A stretch of DNA of 33,883 nucleotides from an uncultured Clostridia bacterium (GCA_947632225.1 CANROM010000003.1:1-33883); one strand, 5' to 3'. Shown: positions 9,350 through 17,908, counted from the stretch's first letter. Numbers and translations are program-made. The notes: generated by a model not told the origin, from the letters alone.

Positions 9350-10451
9350 TCTGAGACTTGAGAAAAAGATATATCAAAAATACAAAGACGTGTACTATAT
9401 TGTAATACTTAAAGGTGTTGAAGAAATTCTGGATAATATACAGGAAGAAGATATAGTAATAATTAGATGTGATACAAACCTTCAAGAAAAGGTAATGTGC
9501 ATAATAGGTAACATCAAAAAGAAAGGTAAAAATATTAGAGTTGTTGTTATAGTAGATAAGCTAACAGAAGACTTAAAAGAAAAATTATTTGCAAAAGAAG
9601 TATTTAATATAGTAGAAGGGAAAAGTTTTTCATTTGAAGAACTGGTTGAGTGTATAGACTCACCTAAAATGGTAGTATATAAAAATAAAACACTAACAAA
9701 AAATAATAGCAAGATAATAATTGTATCAGGAATAGAAAAATCTGGTAAAACATTTATTGCTAAACTACTAGCTCAAAGTATAGCTAAAAATAAAGATAAA
9801 AAGATTTTGGTATTAGACTTTAATTTTATGAAACCGTGTTTGGATATATATACTCAGTGTGAAGCAAACTATTCACTCTCTAAGCTTATTGAAGATGTAA
9901 AAAGCAATGTGAAAAGGGATATTAGATACTATGAAAGTATAGATAAAAAATATGAAAACCTAAAGTACATACTAAATTTTAAATGTATATCTGTTATAGA
10001 TACTAGCAGTATGATTCAAGTTCTAAAATATTTAAAAGACTATTATGACTATATAATTGTAGATACAGCAAGCATAATGCTATATAAAATGTGCAGTGTT
10101 GCAAAAGAGCTAAATGCAAATATAGTATATGTTATGATACCAAGTATCAAGTCTGTAAGAGAATTTAGAATAGATACTTTATTTTTAGAAGATAAGGTAG
10201 TACAAGATATGCTTTTTATTGTAAATGAATATAAAAAGAAAAATATAATACAGCAAATTAAAAAATATAGCGATATAAACATATATGGAACAGTAAAATG
10301 GAGTAGATATATAAATTACTATATAGATAGAAACATAAAAATAGTTCTAAAGTATAATATACGAAAACTGTTAAAACAACTAGGAATAGTAAAATTTGAA
10401 AAGATTAGATCATCTTTAATTGAAAAAATAATAAATATAGAGGAGGAATAA
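9324..10451 (+). CDS. CpaE/MinD/ParA-like ATPase with receiver-like N-terminal domain
   Basis: IIIVSGIEKSGKT degenerate Walker A, ILVLDFN, YDYIIVDT; N-terminal alpha/beta domain. Confidence 0.7.
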   Translation: MKMIVFVNNLRLEKKIYQKYKDVYYIVILKGVEEILDNIQEEDIVIIRCDTNLQEKVMCIIGNIKKKGKNIRVVVIVDKLTEDLKEKLFAKEVFNIVEGKSFSFEELVECIDSPKMVVYKNKTLTKNNSKIIIVSGIEKSGKTFIAKLLAQSIAKNKDKKILVLDFNFMKPCLDIYTQCEANYSLSKLIEDVKSNVKRDIRYYESIDKKYENLKYILNFKCISVIDTSSMIQVLKYLKDYYDYIIVDTASIMLYKMCSVAKELNANIVYVMIPSIKSVREFRIDTLFLEDKVVQDMLFIVNEYKKKNIIQQIKKYSDINIYGTVKWSRYINYYIDRNIKIVLKYNIRKLLKQLGIVKFEKIRSSLIEKIINIEEE

Positions 10452-10454
10452 AAA

Positions 10455-11147
10455 ATGGAAGAAACAGATGTAAGTGTAAATAAAAATAGTCAACAAGTTA
10501 TAAATATAATAAAAAGTATATTAGATAAAGGTGCAAATTACGTAATTAAGTCAATGCCTGTAAACAAGCATATAAAAGATATACTAATCAATGTTAAAGA
10601 AGTCATAAATGAAAAAGATTTTGCAAATATTTTGGATGTTGCTATAAGAAGCAGTATTAAGGATGGGATGCAAATGGTTGGTCTAAACAAGTCAGATATA
10701 GAAGAGATAGATAGGTTTGTAGATACTGCTTTTAAAGGAGGACTAGCAAATTGTGTTAATATAGGAATAGATATAATAAGTGCAGGAAAAGAATGTGGAA
10801 ATATATTCTATACATATATTGAAGATTTTTTTGATAAATTAAAATCATTTGTTAAAAGTCCAGACTTTAAAGCTAAGATATATTCTAATATAGAAAAATG
10901 TTTAGATAAAGTTGATACATTTAAAGAGCTATGTAATGATTGGTATGATGCCTATGATAAATTCAATATGAGTGATATAAAGGAAATAGCCGGAAAATTA
11001 AATAAGCTAAAAAATAAGGTGGACTTTAATAATGATTGTATAAACGAGAATGCAATGATACAAAATGTGACTGAATTTGTTGGAAAAAGAAATAGAAAGC
11101 TTTCTAAAGTTCAGTTCGATATTTATACAGGTTTAAATCAAATATAA
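10455..11147 (+). CDS. Hypothetical helical protein
   Basis: 230 aa ORF, GGAGG RBS, 3 nt after the previous stop. Confidence 0.8.
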   Translation: MEETDVSVNKNSQQVINIIKSILDKGANYVIKSMPVNKHIKDILINVKEVINEKDFANILDVAIRSSIKDGMQMVGLNKSDIEEIDRFVDTAFKGGLANCVNIGIDIISAGKECGNIFYTYIEDFFDKLKSFVKSPDFKAKIYSNIEKCLDKVDTFKELCNDWYDAYDKFNMSDIKEIAGKLNKLKNKVDFNNDCINENAMIQNVTEFVGKRNRKLSKVQFDIYTGLNQI

Positions 11148-11208
11148 AAATCACTTTAAAATTATATAAAAATGTAGTATAATATTGTCATATGAAAGGA
11201 TGATATTT

Positions 11209-11547
11209 ATGAATTTTTATGATAATATTAACAATTTAGCTTCATCATTTAAAAATACAGATGAATATAAAGAATATTTACAATTGAAAGAAAAGCTAAA
11301 AGCAGATCAAGATACATACAACATGATAAAAGATTTTAAAGATAAGCAGAATGAGGTACAAATTGCATATTTAAATGGTCAAGATATATCAAAAGAAAAG
11401 CAAGAGGAAATGGAAAAATTATATGCCATTGTAATTAAAAATGAAGATTGTAGAAAACTACTTGAATGTGAAATGAAAATAAATGTTATATTAGCAGACT
11501 TACAAAAAGTTATTGGAGAAGCTGTAGAAGAGCTAATTAAGTTCTAA
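11209..11547 (+). CDS. YlbF/YheA/YmcA family regulator
   Basis: MNFYDNINNLASSFKNTDEYKEY, C-terminal INVILADLQKVI; AAGGA RBS. Confidence 0.85.
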   Translation: MNFYDNINNLASSFKNTDEYKEYLQLKEKLKADQDTYNMIKDFKDKQNEVQIAYLNGQDISKEKQEEMEKLYAIVIKNEDCRKLLECEMKINVILADLQKVIGEAVEELIKF

Positions 11548-11555
11548 GGTGTACT

Positions 11556-11711
11556 ATGTGGATAAAAGACATTAGAAATTACGACATAGAGGTATATAAA
11601 GATAACAGTGTTATATACTCTGGTAATGTAAATGATGCTCCAGATGACGTTAAAAATTATGAGTGTAAGAATGCAAAAATAGAACATAAAAAGATAATTA
11701 TAGAAGTGTAA
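11556..11711 (+). CDS. Small hypothetical protein (51 aa)
   Basis: Hand translation MWIKDIRNYDIEVYKDNSVIYSGNVNDAPDDVKNYECKNAKIEHKKIIIEV; AAGGTG RBS. Confidence 0.65.
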   Translation: MWIKDIRNYDIEVYKDNSVIYSGNVNDAPDDVKNYECKNAKIEHKKIIIEV

Positions 11712-11755
11712 ACTAATTATGAAATTAACTTATGTAAAATATGTGCTTTATACTA

Positions 11756-11784
11756 TTGAAAAAATAAGTTGAATGTGATATAAT
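11756..11784 (+). promoter_or_regulatory. SigmaA promoter
   Basis: TTGAAA-N17-TATAAT with extended -10 TG. Confidence 0.6.
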
Positions 11785-11841
11785 AAAACCCAGTAGAAAA
11801 ATTTTTTTCTATTGGTTTTTTTTGGTCGTATGGAGATAAAA

Positions 11842-12615
11842 ATGAATTATAGAGAAGTATTAAACAAATTTATCGATGATATGAATTATTTAAAAAATCC
11901 AGAAGTTGAAGGAATTGTTTTTTATGGAAGTTTTCACACTAATACATCAAATGAGTTCTCAGATATAGACTTAATGATTCTTTTTAATGATGATTCGGAC
12001 ATAAATCAGATTAAAGGGTATAAAACAGTAAATGGAATTCAAGTAGAATACTTTGAAAGAACAATCTCTAAAATGCATGAAAGAGCTAATTCAGATTATA
12101 TGAAGTGCGAAGATTCTTTATTATCAATAATTGGCTATGGTGAAGTAATTTTTGATAGAAGTGGAAAAGTAAATGATTTGGTCGAGTATGTAAAAGAGAA
12201 ATATGCAAGACCTTTACCATGTTATACAAAACATGAAGCCACTTATCATATAGCTGGAATAAAAAAAGCCGTACTCGGAGTTGAAGAGCTAATGCTACAA
12301 AATGATCCATACTTTGAGACATATTACTTTTTAACTGTTGAGAGAATAAGGGAATTTTATCATAAACTTAATGGGTTTTCGAATTTACCACAAACTAAGG
12401 TGTGTAAGTTATATATACATAAGGAACTACAAGAAGTGCAGCATAAAAAAGTTCCTGAAAAAGAATTTTTAGAATTATATTTTAAAGCTATAGAAGAAGG
12501 TACATCAAAAGAAGAAAAGATAATTAGAGTTAATAATTTATATGACTACTCAGTTAGAAATTATAATATAGATTTTGATGATTTAAGAATAGATTTAGGT
12601 AAAAAAAGATACTAA
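11842..12615 (+). CDS. Pol-beta superfamily nucleotidyltransferase with helical C-terminal domain
   Basis: GIVFYGSFHTNTSNEFSDIDL (GS-x10-DxD), QVEYF third acid. Confidence 0.85.
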   Translation: MNYREVLNKFIDDMNYLKNPEVEGIVFYGSFHTNTSNEFSDIDLMILFNDDSDINQIKGYKTVNGIQVEYFERTISKMHERANSDYMKCEDSLLSIIGYGEVIFDRSGKVNDLVEYVKEKYARPLPCYTKHEATYHIAGIKKAVLGVEELMLQNDPYFETYYFLTVERIREFYHKLNGFSNLPQTKVCKLYIHKELQEVQHKKVPEKEFLELYFKAIEEGTSKEEKIIRVNNLYDYSVRNYNIDFDDLRIDLGKKRY

Positions 12616-12642
12616 TAAATATTGAAAGTGAGGAAGTAAAAG

Positions 12643-13536
12643 ATGTTACAATTACCAAAGAATGAATATAGAATATCCATAACTTCAGGTTGCAACATGA
12701 AATGTGTATATTGTCATAACGAAGGAAATAAGGTTATTAACCAACTAACAAAGGACGATATAGAAAATTTAATAAAAAACTCTTATGACTTAGGACTAGA
12801 GCAAGTAAGACTTACTGGTGGAGAGCCTTTAATACATAAAGAAATATTTGAAATCTGTCAAATGCTAGCAGAGAAATATCATTTGAAGGTAGGAATAAAT
12901 ACTAATATTATTGAGATAGATAAACTAATGTATATGATTGAAAAAGGTTGGATCTATAGAGTTGTAGTAGGACTAGACTATTATGATGCTCCTATATCTA
13001 AACAGTCACCAGTTGGAATTAGCTCAAAACAAGTACTAGAAAACATCTTAAGAGTAAAAAATGCGGGTGTAAATGTTACTATATCAACTGTATATGATGG
13101 AGACTATAATAACTTATACAATCTTGTAAATTGGGCAAATAAAAATCAAATAAGAATTAAGATATTAGAAGAAGTTAAAAATGAAGTTGCAGATTCACCA
13201 GATAAGGAATACTTAAATATGAAGCAAAGAATTCTTAAAGACTTTAATTTAACTTCTAGATACGATGAAAAATTTAAAGAGTATCATGGAATGCAAGGAG
13301 ACTTTACTGCTGTAACATTTTTTCACTCCCATTGTAGAATTAGAGAATGTGATGTTTGCAAAAAAATGCATTTAAGAGTTACAAGCTCAGGAATGCTAAA
13401 GCAATGTATTCAATCAGATGATGATGATATAGATTATAGAGTAGGAAACATTAGAGAAAATATATTAAAATCATTAAATAGACCAGCAAACTTTAATGTT
13501 AAACCAGCAAGATATATAAACACTCAAGTTATATAA
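12643..13536 (+). CDS. MoaA-like radical SAM protein with auxiliary Fe-S (twitch-type) domain
   Basis: RISITSGCNMKCVYCHNEG (CxxxCxxC), RLTGGEP, CDVC...RVTSSG...C; no C-terminal GG. Confidence 0.85.
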   Translation: MLQLPKNEYRISITSGCNMKCVYCHNEGNKVINQLTKDDIENLIKNSYDLGLEQVRLTGGEPLIHKEIFEICQMLAEKYHLKVGINTNIIEIDKLMYMIEKGWIYRVVVGLDYYDAPISKQSPVGISSKQVLENILRVKNAGVNVTISTVYDGDYNNLYNLVNWANKNQIRIKILEEVKNEVADSPDKEYLNMKQRILKDFNLTSRYDEKFKEYHGMQGDFTAVTFFHSHCRIRECDVCKKMHLRVTSSGMLKQCIQSDDDDIDYRVGNIRENILKSLNRPANFNVKPARYINTQVI

Positions 13537-13574
13537 AACGGAAAAAATAAAAAAAAATACCTTAAAAAATGGTC

Positions 13575-13618
13575 AAAAATAGTAAAAAATTAAAAAAATT
13601 TCATTTTTTACTATTTTT
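13575..13618. repeat. 16-bp inverted repeat (terminator or operator)
   Basis: AAAAATAGTAAAAAAT-N12-ATTTTTTACTATTTTT. Confidence 0.5.
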
Positions 13619-13619
13619 T

Positions 13620-13646
13620 TGAAACATTTTGGCCTTTTAAATCGTC
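13620..13646 (+). promoter_or_regulatory. ECF sigma promoter
   Basis: TGAAAC-N17-CGTC, the SigM/W/X/V-type consensus, upstream of an operon containing an ECF sigma. Confidence 0.7.
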
Positions 13647-13680
13647 TATATAGTAGATGCAAAAAATAAAGGAGGTAATT

Positions 13681-14451
13681 ATGAGAGATAAGTACAGAGT
13701 ATTTATAATTGTAATGGTTCTTGCATTATGTTTAGGAGTGACAGGATTTGTTGGCTACAAGCTAGCAAATATGGATAAAGTGTCACAAGTCGATGCTTCA
13801 GTTGGCGATGAAGCAGATATTTATAAGGTGAAGTCTTATGTAACACAACAAATGAAAGACGAATCACCAGTTTGTGCTACTGAGTTATGCTTGGTAGAAG
13901 AATTTACACCTGAAAAACTAGAACGCGATGCTGATAGTATTGCTATTGTAAGTATAATATCTTTGGATGGTTCAGATCCTGAAGGTAGTATAGTAGGAAC
14001 TACAAATGGTAAATTATTAGTAAATAATGTTTTAGCTGGTAATTTGAAGGAAGGACAAGTTATAAATTACTCAAAACCTGGTGGCATGATGAAAATGTCT
14101 GAATGGGAGAAGAGTCAACCTGAAGCAGCTACACAAAAGCGTAAATATTTAAGGGAAAAATATGGAGTAAATATTGATTTAGATAATACATACATAAATG
14201 TATTAGTAGGTGGAGATATAGAAATCGAAGCTGGAAAAACATATTTAGCATATTTAAAAGAAAATAGCTCTGGCTATGAAATTATTGGTCTTGGAGTTGG
14301 TTTAAGAGAAGTAAATGTAGCACAAGAAACTACAACAATTTCAAGACAAGCTCTAGATATTAGCTCACTAGAAATTAAGGATAATACAACAGGTGAGTTC
14401 GAACCTTTACAGGCATACATAGATATGCATATTGGTAATACAGAGAAATAG
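13681..14451 (+). CDS. Membrane-anchored extracellular protein of unknown function
   Basis: AAGGAGG RBS; single N-terminal TM (VFIIVMVLALCLGVTGFVGY) then soluble domain. Confidence 0.8.
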   Translation: MRDKYRVFIIVMVLALCLGVTGFVGYKLANMDKVSQVDASVGDEADIYKVKSYVTQQMKDESPVCATELCLVEEFTPEKLERDADSIAIVSIISLDGSDPEGSIVGTTNGKLLVNNVLAGNLKEGQVINYSKPGGMMKMSEWEKSQPEAATQKRKYLREKYGVNIDLDNTYINVLVGGDIEIEAGKTYLAYLKENSSGYEIIGLGVGLREVNVAQETTTISRQALDISSLEIKDNTTGEFEPLQAYIDMHIGNTEK

Positions 14452-14514
14452 TTGTATTTAAGGGATTCGGGCTTTAACCGAATCCTGGATATGTTTTTTA
14501 ATAGAGGAGAAAAT

Positions 14515-15075
14515 ATGGAAGAGTATTTAGTGAAAGCATTGAAGTTAGGAGAAAAAGACGCTTTTGTCAAACTAATGGAAAGCTATGAAAAGAAGTTATA
14601 TGTTATAGCGAGAAGCAGGCTAGAATGCGAAGAGGATGTAAAAGATGCTTTGCAAGATACATCACTTGAAGTACTAGCTAGTATAGATAAATTAAAAAAT
14701 GATGATTCATTTAATGCATGGATAAGTAGAATACTTATAAATAAATGTAATGACATCATAAAGAAGAAAATTAAATATTGCTATTCGTATGAAGAATTAA
14801 GTGAGAATAATCCATCACTTATTGAATACTATGATAACTTCATATATGTAGACAGCAATATGGATCTATTTTCACTAGTAGATTTCTTACCAATAGAAGA
14901 GCAAACTATAGTAGTTTTGTACTTTTCAGAAGGATATACTACTAATGAAATAGCAAATATTTTAGATATGAATGAAAACACAGTAAGAACAAAAGTTAGA
15001 AGAATAAAGGAAAAAATACAGATGAAGTATGGAAAGGAATATTTAAATGACTGGAACAATAGAAGATATTATTAA
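14515..15075 (+). CDS. ECF RNA polymerase sigma factor
   Basis: AFVKLMESYEKKLY, DALQDT, FNAWISRILIN, EIANILDMNENTVRTK. Confidence 0.92.
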   Translation: MEEYLVKALKLGEKDAFVKLMESYEKKLYVIARSRLECEEDVKDALQDTSLEVLASIDKLKNDDSFNAWISRILINKCNDIIKKKIKYCYSYEELSENNPSLIEYYDNFIYVDSNMDLFSLVDFLPIEEQTIVVLYFSEGYTTNEIANILDMNENTVRTKVRRIKEKIQMKYGKEYLNDWNNRRYY

Positions 15076-15289
15076 GAAAAAGTATGATGAAATAGAAGTG
15101 CCAGCTAAATTGTTAGATTTAGATATAATAATTGAGATGGCTAGAAAAGACGAGAGAAAATTTAAAATAGTAACTGGAGTTGTACTTGCTATAGTTGTAG
15201 TACTTATGAGTCTAGTTATACATTTAAATTTTAAAAGTAACCAAATTAGTGATTATATATCACAACAAAATATATCTCACTTAGAGTAA
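15047..15289 (+). CDS. Putative short anti-sigma factor
   Basis: Overlaps the sigma gene; cytoplasmic YDEIEVP segment, one TM helix, about 20 aa tail. Confidence 0.6.
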   Translation: MTGTIEDIIKKKYDEIEVPAKLLDLDIIIEMARKDERKFKIVTGVVLAIVVVLMSLVIHLNFKSNQISDYISQQNISHLE

Positions 15290-15333
15290 TATTTTTTGCA
15301 TCTAAAAAGAATGCCTTGTGCATTCTTTTTTTT

Positions 15334-15362
15334 TCATTAAATTTGAGTACCTTACATATTAT
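15334..15362 (+). promoter_or_regulatory. SigmaE-like sporulation promoter
   Basis: TCATTAA-N14-CATATTAT; cwlD is sigmaE-controlled in Bacillus subtilis. Confidence 0.45.
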
Positions 15363-15377
15363 GTATTGGGTGGTTTT

Positions 15378-16085
15378 GTGAAAAATAAATATATTATTGT
15401 GGCAATACTTGCTGTTATTTTAATGTTAAATGTATGTGCTATGGTAATTAACATATATCAAGCTCCTAAGACACAGACAACAAATGCTACTGCCATTACT
15501 TCTCATGTTATAGTAGTTGATGCGGGACACGGAAAGCCTGATGAGGGTGCTGTTGGAGTATATGGAACAAGTGAAGAGGCAATAAATTTAAAGATAGCAT
15601 TAAAACTTCAAAAACTAATAGAGCAAAGTGGCGGAATTGTCTTTCTTACTAGAAGTGATGAGAATGGTATATATTCGAGCGATAGTAATACGTTAAGAGA
15701 AAAAAAGGTAAGTGATATAAAAAATAGGGTGCTAATAGGTAATCAAGAAGATGTAGATGCTTTTGTATCAATACATCTAAATAAGTATCCCTCTGGAATA
15801 TATAGTGGCTGGCAAACCTTTTTTCAAAAAGGAAATGAAGAAAGCACTAAACTAGCTAATTGCATACAAAATAGCTTAAATAATACAATATCTAAGCCTA
15901 ATAATAGAACACCATTACCACTAAGCGGTATATACATAATGGATCATCTAGAAAATACAGCTGTTACTGTTGAATGTGGCTTTTTATCTAACCCAGAAGA
16001 AGCTAAAGAGCTAGAGGATGAGAACTATCAAGATAAACTAGCATGGGGAATATACATAGGGCTACAAGAGTATTTTCAAAATTAA
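15378..16085 (+). CDS. cwlD: Germination N-acetylmuramoyl-L-alanine amidase (Amidase_3)
   Basis: N-terminal TM, VVDAGHG, EEAINL, SIHLN, SGWQTFF, VECGFLSNPEE. Confidence 0.8.
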   Translation: MKNKYIIVAILAVILMLNVCAMVINIYQAPKTQTTNATAITSHVIVVDAGHGKPDEGAVGVYGTSEEAINLKIALKLQKLIEQSGGIVFLTRSDENGIYSSDSNTLREKKVSDIKNRVLIGNQEDVDAFVSIHLNKYPSGIYSGWQTFFQKGNEESTKLANCIQNSLNNTISKPNNRTPLPLSGIYIMDHLENTAVTVECGFLSNPEEAKELEDENYQDKLAWGIYIGLQEYFQN

Positions 16086-16111
16086 AAAAAAGTAGTTTAA
16101 AAAACTACTTT
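16084..16111. terminator. Hairpin between convergent genes
   Basis: AAAGTAGTTT-aaa-AAACTACTTT with an A-run on the left. Confidence 0.55.
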
Positions 16112-16773
16112 AATTCATTTAGATACTTATCTAATAGTTTAGACAAGTCTGTGCTATAACTATAGTTAAGTAAGTCTAGTATTTCTGGACAATCTTCAAA
16201 TTTTTTATAATCATATTCATAGAATATGTCTGCTGGATCAGTACAACCATCTTTAATCATTTCCTGTACTTTAGGCGTTTTAAATACTGGTGAGTTAAAA
16301 TCTTTGTCGAGTACTATTTGCCCTTTATCTATATACAGTTTCATTTGTAAGTCGAAATCTAACTTATCACATAGATATGCAAATTTAGCCTCACGTGATT
16401 TTCTTTTATTAAATTCGTTAGTTAGAGCAATGTACTTATTTTCCTTAGTAAGTCCAGAAAGAATTTCTAGAACAGCTTTTTTTCCTATTGCTAGTTTTTC
16501 TTCTTCCGTTACATTATCAAAAGGAGTAATATCTCCAATAACAATTTCCTCAAGCTCGTGAATTATTAGCATCTCTAAAGTCTTCTTGATATCGATATTT
16601 AAATCAAGCTCAGAGTTTATAGATATTGCAAGTATACATGTATCATATATGTGTTCTGCAACACTTTCACGTCTTGGTGCTTGTACGTTCCAATATATAG
16701 AGCCCTGTCTTATTTTATTTTTTAGCGTTGTTGCTAAAAGATAAAATCTTAAAATTTTTTGATTTTTATTCAT
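16105..16773 (-). CDS. HD-domain phosphohydrolase (YfbR/HDDC2-like)
   Basis: RQG..W, RESVAEH, IIHELEEIVIGDITP, DKLD. Confidence 0.88.
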   Translation of the reverse strand: MNKNQKILRFYLLATTLKNKIRQGSIYWNVQAPRRESVAEHIYDTCILAISINSELDLNIDIKKTLEMLIIHELEEIVIGDITPFDNVTEEEKLAIGKKAVLEILSGLTKENKYIALTNEFNKRKSREAKFAYLCDKLDFDLQMKLYIDKGQIVLDKDFNSPVFKTPKVQEMIKDGCTDPADIFYEYDYKKFEDCPEILDLLNYSYSTDLSKLLDKYLNELK

Positions 16774-16926
16774 TCAAACCTTCCTTTCATAATTATACTT
16801 AAGGTGAATTTAAAATTATGTAGGAAGATTATATCATGTAATTTACATAAAATCAATAAAAGAAAATAAAAAAAGAGCAATAGTTGTAACACTATAAATT
16901 GTTTTATAAAAATATTCGAACTTTTG

Positions 16927-16955
16927 TTTACTTATAGCCTATAATATGTTATACT
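16927..16955 (+). promoter_or_regulatory. SigmaA promoter of toxin gene
   Basis: TTTACT-N17-TATACT with extended -10 TG, about 20 nt before the ATG; GAGGTGA RBS. Confidence 0.55.
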
Positions 16956-16974
16956 TAGAAGCCGAGGTGAGATT

Positions 16975-17460
16975 ATGGATAATGAAATTCACAATAATAT
17001 TGAGGAAACCGAAAAATTATTAAATAGTATTAATACTTTTGATGCAGTTCAATTTTCAGAATGGACTAAAGAAAAAGCAAATATAAGATATAATGGCAAA
17101 CTTCCTAAATTTCCAATATATAATAACTTTATCTATTGGTGCAATTTAGGAATAAATATTGGAAGTGAACAAAATAAATTAAGACCAGTTTTAATATTAA
17201 AAAACTTTAAAAACTCGCCTATATGTACAGTTCTTCCATTAACAACAAAAAGAGTACAAGATGAATTCTGGTTTCATATAGATTTAGAAGGAGTTGACTC
17301 AACAGTTTTAGTTGAACAATTGAAAGTTGTTAGTAAATTAAGAATTATAAATCCTTATAGAAGAAAAGGAAACTTAGTTTCTATTTCTTCAAATGACTGG
17401 GAAAAGATTAACTTACAACTTGAAAGTTTATATAGGTTAAGACCACTAAAATATGAATAA
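16975..17460 (+). CDS. PemK/MazF-family endoribonuclease toxin with N-terminal extension
   Basis: IYWCNLGINIGSEQNKLRPVLIL, VLPLTT, VEQLKVVSKLRI. Confidence 0.88.
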   Translation: MDNEIHNNIEETEKLLNSINTFDAVQFSEWTKEKANIRYNGKLPKFPIYNNFIYWCNLGINIGSEQNKLRPVLILKNFKNSPICTVLPLTTKRVQDEFWFHIDLEGVDSTVLVEQLKVVSKLRIINPYRRKGNLVSISSNDWEKINLQLESLYRLRPLKYE

Positions 17461-17510
17461 AGTTTGAATTTAACTTGACTTTATGATATTAAATAGTTTA
17501 TAATTAAATT

Positions 17511-17583
17511 AATAAAACATTAGTGTCCGTTCTGAAAAGAACGTAATCATTATGATCCGATAGCCGAAAGGCTATCGTTTTTT
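17511..17583 (+). ncRNA. Putative small RNA 1 (candidate RNA antitoxin)
   Basis: TTGACT(17475)-N18-TATAAT(17499); ACATTAGTGTCC, hairpin CGTTCT-GAAA-AGAACG, TCATTA, terminator CGATAGCC-GAAA-GGCTATCG-T6. Confidence 0.6.
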
Positions 17584-17617
17584 GCATATAATTTAAGTTC
17601 TTTCATATAATATTATT

Positions 17618-17697
17618 ACATTAGTGTCCATAGCATTTATGCTATGTTAGTCATTAGTAAAAGGAGAAAATCTAAAATATTGATTTTCTCCTTTTTT
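17618..17697 (+). ncRNA. Putative small RNA 2 (paralog of RNA 1)
   Basis: TTGCAT(17582)-N18-TATAAT(17606); ACATTAGTGTCC, hairpin CATAGCA-TTTA-TGCTATG, TCATTA, terminator AAAAGGAGAAAATC-N9-GATTTTCTCCTTTT. Confidence 0.6.
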
Positions 17698-17838
17698 AAA
17701 TACTGACTGATTTTTCATTCATCTTTTTTCTTTCTTGTAGAATGGAAATTTGATTTTAGTAGATATTTCTAATTTCCATAATTTTTATAAACTATAAAAA
17801 ATTAGGAGTGATTAAACAGCATATACTGAATAAAAAAC

Positions 17839-17871
17839 TAAAAAATATCATCCTAAAAAAGGATGATATTT
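17839..17871 (-). terminator. Intrinsic terminator downstream of the tRNA 3' end
   Basis: AAATATCATCCT-aaaa-AGGATGATATTT with A-runs on the left (U-tail on the minus strand). Confidence 0.65.
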
Positions 17872-17908
17872 GTATCTTTTCGTTCTATTAGTTGAACTGA
17901 TTCATTAC

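Noticed and set aside
12643-13536. Calling the radical SAM gene moaA or viperin
   Set aside because: Lacks the MoaA GG tail and several GTP-site residues; the N-terminal motif is MoaA-like rather than viperin-like
16974-17632. Antisense pairing of the small RNAs (CAUUA-gug-UCCAUA) with the toxin start region UAUGGAUAAUG
   Set aside because: Short and bulged in very AT-rich sequence, and only partly shared by RNA 1; could be chance, though an IntaRNA test is cheap
17517-17660. Mini CRISPR array
   Set aside because: Only two 12-bp identical repeats 101 bp apart, each with its own promoter and terminator; no cas genes
17700-17830. AT-rich hairpins and a stray AGGAG; possible gene relic
   Set aside because: No convincing ORF on either strand; palindromes are expected at this AT content
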